A stretch of DNA of 60,020 nucleotides from a virus. Lineage: Duplodnaviria > Caudoviricetes. The translations under genes and the position numbers were made by a program. The stretch spans positions 1-60,020 of IMG/VR virus record IMGVR_UViG_3300033513_000005. One strand, given 5' to 3'. The notes below the pieces were generated by a model. It had not been told where the DNA came from. It searched no databases and was given only the letters and a program-made list of their open reading frames with translations. Positions 53,637 to 60,020 of the stretch are shown one piece after another; position 1 is the first letter of the stretch; each line of letters starts with the position of its first letter.

Positions 53637-55895
53637 TCACTTCCAGTACACATCAGGCAGATAGATCACTTTGAAGCAACGCCCCACACTTCCCCACTCA
53701 GCCGGGATTTTGTCCTTCGGAAGCTCCATGATGTATCCGTTCTCAACCAGTGATCTGATCGTTGAGTCCAGCGCACCAACGTGCCCGCGTTTGTCTTTGA
53801 GAAATGAGTTGACGCGCGATGTTCGAATCTGAAGGTATTTGCGAGGTACACACCCAGCCGTCCGCATCGCATCGGGAATACCATAACCCTGTGTTACAGC
53901 ACCGGTGAGGAATGAGGCGATGGTGTGGAGCACCTTACGCTCACGTGCCATATCATCATTCCCAACATCACCATCATGCATCTTACGACTCATGACGCGG
54001 ATGTCTCGGTTCACAACCTCGAGAGCCCAGGCTGCATGTTTAGCGGTAATAAGGGGCGTCACGAAGTTCTCAGCCACGGCCAGCAATGCCGCAATCTTCA
54101 GTGACTTCAGGTGTGCCCGGTTCCACATCTGCCTCCACGTTTCGTCGTCCGTGCTGTTGATCTGGTCGTCACAATACTTGTTGAACGTGTCAAGGGTGGT
54201 GCGTGATTCCTCGTCGAACGGGACGTCATAGTATTGCCCCGGTCCCAATGCCGCCAACCCCGCTGTAAGGTTGGCGAAGTAGGCGCCAGCCCAATGCGGC
54301 ACCGGTGAGTTCTGGTTTGGATTGAGCTCAGGTCTGAAACCAACGTGTTCAATGATGAGGAAACGACTCATGAACCCGTCTTGCATCATTGTGTTGGTGA
54401 GCGCTTCATAGAACGTGTCAGGAGTCGTTTCGCCTATCATGCTGTATGCGACCCCGTCGGTACTCTTGACGTCCTTTTCCTTGTCCGAGTACCCAATACC
54501 GCCCACAATCGTCCCCACCGTGGATTTCTGGTACAGGTTCGTCAGCGTAGTGCGCAGACCGCTCATTGGCCCATGGTCCTGGTCTTCAGCCATCCGCCGC
54601 AGTTTCCGTCCAAACTCGCCCGCCACGTTGACAAACGAATGTCGCTCCGCTAACGCTTTCACCAGCGCTGGCCCAGAAGCATAGTCTGCGAAGTCCACGT
54701 AACTGAGCACAGCAGGGGCGGTGCCGAAGCCCACATGGTTGATGAGCTTGCTGATACCACTGTGCATCGCTTCCTTACCGATAGCACTGCGGGCCACCAA
54801 CACAATGTAAAGGTTGAGGCCGCTACCCATCACCTGATAAGCACGCCCACAGAGCCCCGCAAAGAGCCCCAGGGCCGACACAATGGCAACCTCGCGCACA
54901 GGTCTGGGCGCAACACTGTAGAACCACTGTGCGATCTCCCCAATTACCCCGGGTGGCCATTCCAAGGCTTTGGGCGGCTCAACCAGGAATCGCGGTCCAC
55001 CCTTCCCTTCTCCACCTGTGACAACCCGACTCTTGATAAAGACGTCAGCTTGCGCCATCATGCGCTCAACGTTGACCGTCTCGCGCTCCTGCCGCCCACG
55101 GATGATCCCGAGCGTGCGGTTCAAGTATTTGTCATTCTTGACCGCCTTCTCCCGCTGACCTAAGCCCGAGGTGCGGAACATGCGGCGCACCTGTTCATTC
55201 GACTTGGAGTAGAACGCAAGCATGGACAGCAGGGACAGGTCAGCTTCTGACTGACTCGGGTACTCCCTTTTCCCCTGCCAGTGCCCGCCCCACAGCTCCG
55301 CAAACTTGGCACCGTTGGACGCTTCCAGCGCACGCTTGTAGACCGTTGCGTCGTCTTCCGTCGCGTCCACCTCTTGCAGCTCAACGCCGGAGTCCTGCTG
55401 CGCCGCACGGATCTCCGCATACAGTTGCTGCAACATCTCGTCATTGGCGACGATTGGGCGGTCAAGGTAGACGTTACCGGTACAGATGATGAAGCGCTCT
55501 TGGGAATAGATTTCCACCCCTTCCCGCCGCGCCCCGGGGCCCACCTTCCCCTTCACCCAAATGTGGAACCCTTTGCCCGAACGTGAGCGTTCCGTATAGC
55601 TACCAAAAGCCCGGACGATCTTTTCGTACCGCGCCAGTTCCTCGGGTGACGTCGTATCCTTAACGTCGAGGTCAATGCAGCAGAACTGATCCGAAGCACT
55701 GAGCACGAAGCCTACCCCAGCGCTACCCCAGCGCACAGCCGTTTCGGCCACGACACCAAATTCACCCCATGTGTCGAAGTCGTCCACTTTGGCCATCGTA
55801 CCGTCTACGCGGTACGGGGCCTTGTCAGGTGCTGAGATACACCATTGGGGGGTGTCCCGCAGCTCCTGCGGGATGCGATTCCAATCTTGTGTCAT
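53637..55895 (-). CDS. DNA primase (primase-polymerase domain) with C-terminal ATPase-like domain
   Basis: IPQELR..PQW, CIDLD, YTERSRSGKGFH, EIYS..RF, SQSEAD; ARSAIGKE. Confidence 0.88.
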   Translation of the reverse strand: MTQDWNRIPQELRDTPQWCISAPDKAPYRVDGTMAKVDDFDTWGEFGVVAETAVRWGSAGVGFVLSASDQFCCIDLDVKDTTSPEELARYEKIVRAFGSYTERSRSGKGFHIWVKGKVGPGARREGVEIYSQERFIICTGNVYLDRPIVANDEMLQQLYAEIRAAQQDSGVELQEVDATEDDATVYKRALEASNGAKFAELWGGHWQGKREYPSQSEADLSLLSMLAFYSKSNEQVRRMFRTSGLGQREKAVKNDKYLNRTLGIIRGRQERETVNVERMMAQADVFIKSRVVTGGEGKGGPRFLVEPPKALEWPPGVIGEIAQWFYSVAPRPVREVAIVSALGLFAGLCGRAYQVMGSGLNLYIVLVARSAIGKEAMHSGISKLINHVGFGTAPAVLSYVDFADYASGPALVKALAERHSFVNVAGEFGRKLRRMAEDQDHGPMSGLRTTLTNLYQKSTVGTIVGGIGYSDKEKDVKSTDGVAYSMIGETTPDTFYEALTNTMMQDGFMSRFLIIEHVGFRPELNPNQNSPVPHWAGAYFANLTAGLAALGPGQYYDVPFDEESRTTLDTFNKYCDDQINSTDDETWRQMWNRAHLKSLKIAALLAVAENFVTPLITAKHAAWALEVVNRDIRVMSRKMHDGDVGNDDMARERKVLHTIASFLTGAVTQGYGIPDAMRTAGCVPRKYLQIRTSRVNSFLKDKRGHVGALDSTIRSLVENGYIMELPKDKIPAEWGSVGRCFKVIYLPDVYWK

Positions 55896-56131
55896 GCAAC
55901 CCCGCGGCGCACGTCAAGAACAATCTTCCATGCGGCCAGATAGGGCTCCACGGTTACACGTTCCCAGATGAAGAGCTGCCCCTGCACGTCAATCGGGTGC
56001 GGGAGTTTACCCGTGGCGCGGGCAATGTGGACAGTTGAACGGGAGACGTTGAGCCGCTTGCAGATCTCAGTTGTAGTGATGTACTTCCGATCGAAATCCG
56101 TCTGGGCTTGGTTGTTAGCTAGTATGGTCAT
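55892..56131 (-). CDS. AlpA/excisionase-like HTH DNA-binding protein
   Basis: YITTTEICKRLNVSRSTV....TGKLPHPI. Confidence 0.75.
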   Translation of the reverse strand: MTILANNQAQTDFDRKYITTTEICKRLNVSRSTVHIARATGKLPHPIDVQGQLFIWERVTVEPYLAAWKIVLDVRRGVA

Positions 56132-56191
56132 GGGGTGTGACGTAAGCGCGAAAACTGTATTGTAGGGGTGGCAGTGGTTTTGCAACGCTCG

Positions 56192-56899
56192 TCACATCGT
56201 ACGCCCCTTCTGGTATTCAGCCCACGTCACCGCTTCAGCTTCGTGCTTGCGGATTGCAGACCGACATTCCATAACGTGGGCCTGAGCTGCTTCCAGCTGG
56301 TCTTGCAATGCGTTGGATTGCGCCCTGCGCTCCGCACATAGCGCCAGCCACTGTTCATACAGCGTGTTAGGCCCCTTGGATTGCTTGATCTTTGCACCCT
56401 TGGGCTTCCACATTTGCAATTCAGCGGACTTGCGAGCCCTCTCGTAGAACTGCCAAAGGTAGAACGTATAGTCGTCTTGCACCAGGAAACTCAAGGGACC
56501 ACTCCACCACGATTCACCGCGCGTGAAGCAGTACATGGACTTGGGCGGGCGCGGCATGCTGGACACCGCTTCAACAACGCTGGGGGGAAGGAGCGCCTTT
56601 TGTTCTTTGGTGGGCTGGGCACTTTGGAACGGAGGCATTGCGTCCGGCGCAAGGTTAATGACCGGCAAGTAGCCCTCGCGTGCCAGAGACCACAGCATGG
56701 CGTTGAGAGTATGGGGGTATGCGAGCAGAGCTTGCCACAAGGTGGGGTCAACTGCGTAAGCATCACCGGCCCGGCCCAGCGCTAGCCCTAGCTGTTGACT
56801 GTGCTGGTCAATGAGCCCCTGGTTGGGCCAGTTACTGTCGGTAATGGGTGTGATGAACGGTTCCATAATAGGATGTGCGTTGGTGTAGTGATGCTGCAT
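56192..56899 (-). CDS. Hypothetical protein
   Basis: 235-aa ORF, first gene of the leftward arm. Confidence 0.6.
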   Translation of the reverse strand: MQHHYTNAHPIMEPFITPITDSNWPNQGLIDQHSQQLGLALGRAGDAYAVDPTLWQALLAYPHTLNAMLWSLAREGYLPVINLAPDAMPPFQSAQPTKEQKALLPPSVVEAVSSMPRPPKSMYCFTRGESWWSGPLSFLVQDDYTFYLWQFYERARKSAELQMWKPKGAKIKQSKGPNTLYEQWLALCAERRAQSNALQDQLEAAQAHVMECRSAIRKHEAEAVTWAEYQKGRTM

Positions 56900-57300
56900 T
56901 GTAGGGGTGTAGCAGTATGAAAGCTAGGGGTGTAGGCATTGTTTAGGGGGTACCGATAGGTGAAACGAGAGTAGGCGCATGGATGCAGTTAATAAAACGC
57001 GGGATTAACAAATTAACACCGTTTGCCTATACCCCATTTTAGTTTCGGTGCCCTCCCGGCTAGCTCTACCCTCTACCGACACCAGATTACCCCTACCCCC
57101 GAGTTAATGTTAATAATGTGTATATAAGTGTGTGTTGCATATAGGGATTCCGTATTAACCTCAGTTGCAGCGATTAACATTTACACCCAGCTAGCTCAAC
57201 AGGACACACTGCATCGTACGTGACACATAGTCATCCCGCCAACTTCGCCTCACCTGTGCAGTGCTACAAACTTCATAGCACTACTCTTTTCGAGTTAATT
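56900..57300. other. Non-coding divergence region, candidate replication origin
   Basis: Clustered TAGGGG/CCCCTA/TACCCC repeats and TTAA-rich tracts between divergent arms. Confidence 0.45.
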
Positions 57301-57765
57301 TTTCGCAAGCGATCGCCTCAGTAGGCGGCCAAGCAGTTCACCTACCACTGTGGTCACAGTCTTAGCGTACTTGACGCTCGTTGCGCTCAAACTCGTCCCG
57401 CAGTACATTAGCAATGCGGTGCAGCAGTTGCCCTCCCTTAAAGTGCACCGCCCTCGCCCTGGCAGTATGTTGGACACTGCTGCCAGGGCTCTTTTTTAAG
57501 AACAATGGATGGAGTCGTGATGATCGCTTTGATCGTCTTTCTGGCTGGGTTTCTACCCACCGACGGAGTTATGAACCGTTGCTGGGTGGACACGGATACC
57601 CGGTCGCACAGCGGGGGACATCCCGCGCAACGGCCTGAACAGGCGCCAAGCTCATACGGTTAGTGCGCTCACCCATGTTCGCATTCACACGACTTCAAGC
57701 CTGGGCCCCTTGCAACGGATGCGCAGGGGGCCCTCACGTGCAGTCAGCCACATGAAAGGAAAGTC

Positions 57766-58026
57766 ATGCACATATTGCGTAAAGGGTTCAATCGATTGGG
57801 TGAGGAGGTCTACACTGTGGGTCACTATATCCCCGTCCGAGTTCTGCAGGAGTGGAATGGATCCCGTTCTGTTGGTGGTGAGTTCGAGGTTCTGCACGAG
57901 CTCCCCGATGCTGATGAAGCGGCCGCGATGGTCAACTACCTGAACGGCGGTCTTGGTGCTAAGGGTCCGGACATCGACTACATCATCGCCAGCTTCATCG
58001 AGCTGCTGAAGCGGGGCGGGCATTGA
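57766..58026 (+). CDS. Hypothetical early protein
   Basis: AAGGA RBS; YTVGHY, AAAMVNYLNGG. Confidence 0.7.
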   Translation: MHILRKGFNRLGEEVYTVGHYIPVRVLQEWNGSRSVGGEFEVLHELPDADEAAAMVNYLNGGLGAKGPDIDYIIASFIELLKRGGH

Positions 58027-58202
58027 CATGATGGATTATTTCAAACGTATCCGTCGGCAGCAGCAACTCCGTCGAATCAGTACCATTCAGAACATCTGTG
58101 CTATCGCTGGTGCTACCTTGTTGGGGCTTCAGTTCGGCTGGATGGTGGGCTGGGGTGTTGGTCTGCTAGCTTGGGCCGTCATGCCTGTAATAGAAGTCTA
58201 AC

Positions 58203-58415
58203 ATGATGGAATACATTATGTTCTGGCTGGCGGCGCAGGCACTGATTGTTCTTGCTGTTGCGCTTCTAGCGTTGCTTGTTTATCTGGCATTCGCACTGCC
58301 AACGCTCATTCGTCAGAAGCGTTGTAAACATGATGGGCCTAAGACAAGCTGGGCTCAGTACGAACGCTGTACACTGTGCGGCAAGGAACAACCGTTCTGG
58401 AGAAAGTGGAAATGA
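58203..58415 (+). CDS. Small membrane protein with Cys motif
   Basis: TM segment, CKH...CTLCGK. Confidence 0.55.
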   Translation: MMEYIMFWLAAQALIVLAVALLALLVYLAFALPTLIRQKRCKHDGPKTSWAQYERCTLCGKEQPFWRKWK

Positions 58416-58720
58416 TCGGACGCATTCACAATCACTATTTCAAAGACGTCAGCAAGCTCGACACGATTGACGTCTACCGGGTTCTGTCCCTGTTCAACGT
58501 CACGGACCCCTGTATTCAGCATGCGGTCAAGAAGCTGCTGGTGGCTGGTGGTAGAGGTGCAGGCAAAGACATCACCCGCGACATCAAGGAAGCCATCGAC
58601 AGTCTGAACCGGTGGCAGGAGATGCGGGATGAGGACGCACGCCCTGAGGCGGTGTTCGAAGAACCGGGTTCGACTGCAACCCTGCACAGCAATGGTTCTA
58701 ACCCTGAGGAGCATTTCTAA
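58412..58720 (+). CDS. DUF3310-like phage protein
   Basis: HYFKDV...IDVYRVL..F.VTDP..QHAVKKLL..GGRG.GKD. Confidence 0.7.
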   Translation: MIGRIHNHYFKDVSKLDTIDVYRVLSLFNVTDPCIQHAVKKLLVAGGRGAGKDITRDIKEAIDSLNRWQEMRDEDARPEAVFEEPGSTATLHSNGSNPEEHF

Positions 58721-59031
58721 TGACTGACAAGGACGAAACTACCGGGATCGTTGTCCCCGAATGGACGCCCAACTTGGCCGACGCGAACACCGCCATCGCG
58801 TTGTTCATTCACGAGAACGAACCGGCGGGGCCCGACGCTCGACTATTCCGTAAGCAGTTCTTGGCCGCGCTGGTCGAGGCTTACAACATGAACACAGAAC
58901 CGAAGGTCAAGGTTCATGTGGGCACCATTGGTGAATGGCCTGCAGCGCCCAATCAGGAAGTCAGGCGCGTCGACTGGCAGACTCATTGGGCCCAGCTTCC
59001 CCCGGGTACGAAGCTCTACAAGTTCGATTGA
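58720..59031 (+). CDS. Hypothetical protein
   Basis: GAGGAG RBS; LPPGTKLY motif. Confidence 0.6.
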   Translation: MTDKDETTGIVVPEWTPNLADANTAIALFIHENEPAGPDARLFRKQFLAALVEAYNMNTEPKVKVHVGTIGEWPAAPNQEVRRVDWQTHWAQLPPGTKLYKFD

Positions 59032-59035
59032 ACTG

Positions 59036-59064
59036 TTGATGGGGTCTTGATTTGTGCTATAGTG
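59036..59064 (+). promoter_or_regulatory. Putative promoter
   Basis: TTGATG...TGC-TATAGT (extended -10). Confidence 0.5.
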
Positions 59065-59087
59065 CATCTACATAAACGAAAGGAACT

Positions 59088-59735
59088 GTGATGCAAGCTG
59101 AACAAGACAAGGCCGTGGCGCTGGCTGAGAAGCACTTTGGCAGCTACGCACACGAAGCAAAAAGCATTTTTACCGCCATGCTCGCAGACCACAAGCAGCA
59201 AGTGCGTGACGAGTACCGCGAGGAACTTGTAGCGAAGGCGGGGAAGATGCCGCGCGTTTACGAAGAAGATATGTGCGACAACTATTGCGTGGCTTACGAA
59301 GTCCGCGAAGCCATCGCCGCCATGCAGGCCCAGCGGCAAATCACAGAGAACAAACTGGCACTCGCAGAAGAGGCCGGTAAGGTTCTATCGCACAACTACA
59401 CATTGCGCGGAGAAAAGCTGGAACAGTCCGAGGAGCGTGTGGCGGAGTTGGAGAAGGATACAGCGCAAGTTGGTTGGCTGATTGAGTTCACCCCTAAAGT
59501 GAATGGGCCACACTGGTTAGACCACAAGTGCAACTTCACAAAAGACAGCCTCAAGTCTCTGCGTTTCGCGCGCAAAGAAGACGCAGAAGCCTTTCTTGAT
59601 CTGCTTTACAAGCAGCCCGGACGCGGAACATTTTCACAAATGTTCAAAGGATTTTTCAAGCTCGGTAAAAGAGAACTTTGGAAAGTCACTGAGCATATGT
59701 GGATCGATGCCGCCATGAACAAGGAGCAGCCATGA
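59088..59735 (+). CDS. Hypothetical early protein
   Basis: AAGGA RBS; GWLIE...LRFARKEDAE...VTEHMW module. Confidence 0.7.
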   Translation: MMQAEQDKAVALAEKHFGSYAHEAKSIFTAMLADHKQQVRDEYREELVAKAGKMPRVYEEDMCDNYCVAYEVREAIAAMQAQRQITENKLALAEEAGKVLSHNYTLRGEKLEQSEERVAELEKDTAQVGWLIEFTPKVNGPHWLDHKCNFTKDSLKSLRFARKEDAEAFLDLLYKQPGRGTFSQMFKGFFKLGKRELWKVTEHMWIDAAMNKEQP

Positions 59736-60020
59736 CCAAACCTGATACTGTGCTGACGCTTGAAGACATTGATCAGATTCGTCAATCTTTGGCAGGCACC
59801 AACTACGACCTGTTCGGTTTTGCTGAGGCTGTCGCGCAATTCACACGCGCCAAGCTGGCGCAGCAGAATGCTGCTGAGGTGGCGGAGCCTGCGGAGAATG
59901 AGACAATGATGCACAGGCTAATGAAGAAAGAAGGGGCGGCGTGGATGCCTGCGTCAGAGTGGGTTGTCGGTGAGCCTGATCCATCTTGGGTAGAGCTCGT
60001 GCGGAGCAATCCGGAAGCAT
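59732..60020 (+). CDS. 5' part of the gene continuing at 1-591
   Basis: AAGGAG RBS, ATGA coupling, open into the terminal repeat. Confidence 0.75.
   Translation, partial: MTKPDTVLTLEDIDQIRQSLAGTNYDLFGFAEAVAQFTRAKLAQQNAAEVAEPAENETMMHRLMKKEGAAWMPASEWVVGEPDPSWVELVRSNPEA
59774..60020. repeat. Terminal direct repeat (copy 2)
   Basis: Matches 1-247 with one mismatch. Confidence 0.95.

Noticed and set aside
55892-56131. Excisionase-like HTH suggesting a temperate lifestyle
   Set aside because: No integrase, repressor or partition genes were seen

Overview
The window is an apparently complete, circularly permuted genome of a lytic, contractile-tailed dsDNA phage with about 59,773 bp of unique sequence. 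Bases 1-247 are repeated at 59774-60020 with one synonymous mismatch. I saw no integrase, repressor, tRNA, rRNA or CRISPR array. The + strand arm (about 57.8 kb, through the join, to 33.1 kb) carries small early genes, terminases, a Bcep781/OP2-type head-neck-tail-baseplate module and lysis genes. The - strand arm (56.9 kb down to 33.3 kb) carries replication and nucleotide-metabolism genes (primase, MazG-like, ThyX, ligase, Sak4/SSB/exonuclease, two helicases, sliding clamp, family-B-like polymerase). It also carries a complete 7-deazaguanine DNA-modification cluster (queE, gat-queC, queD, folE, dpdA-like). The most striking unexplained pattern is a candidate capsid cargo loading and release system: a recurring [T/V/A]-x-D|[A/S/G] motif punctuates the head proteins, a portal-fused Nudix hydrolase and a modular 290-aa polyprotein, and two short motifs of the scaffold (HIHxH and a C-terminal A-x-x-N-x-x-N helix) reappear in two neighbouring orphan genes. 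Other notable items are an HNH nuclease in frame with the sliding clamp, a structured RNA between terminase and portal, and a repeat-fibre module inserted in the head cluster. Family assignments come from motif recognition and gene order only; no database searches were run.
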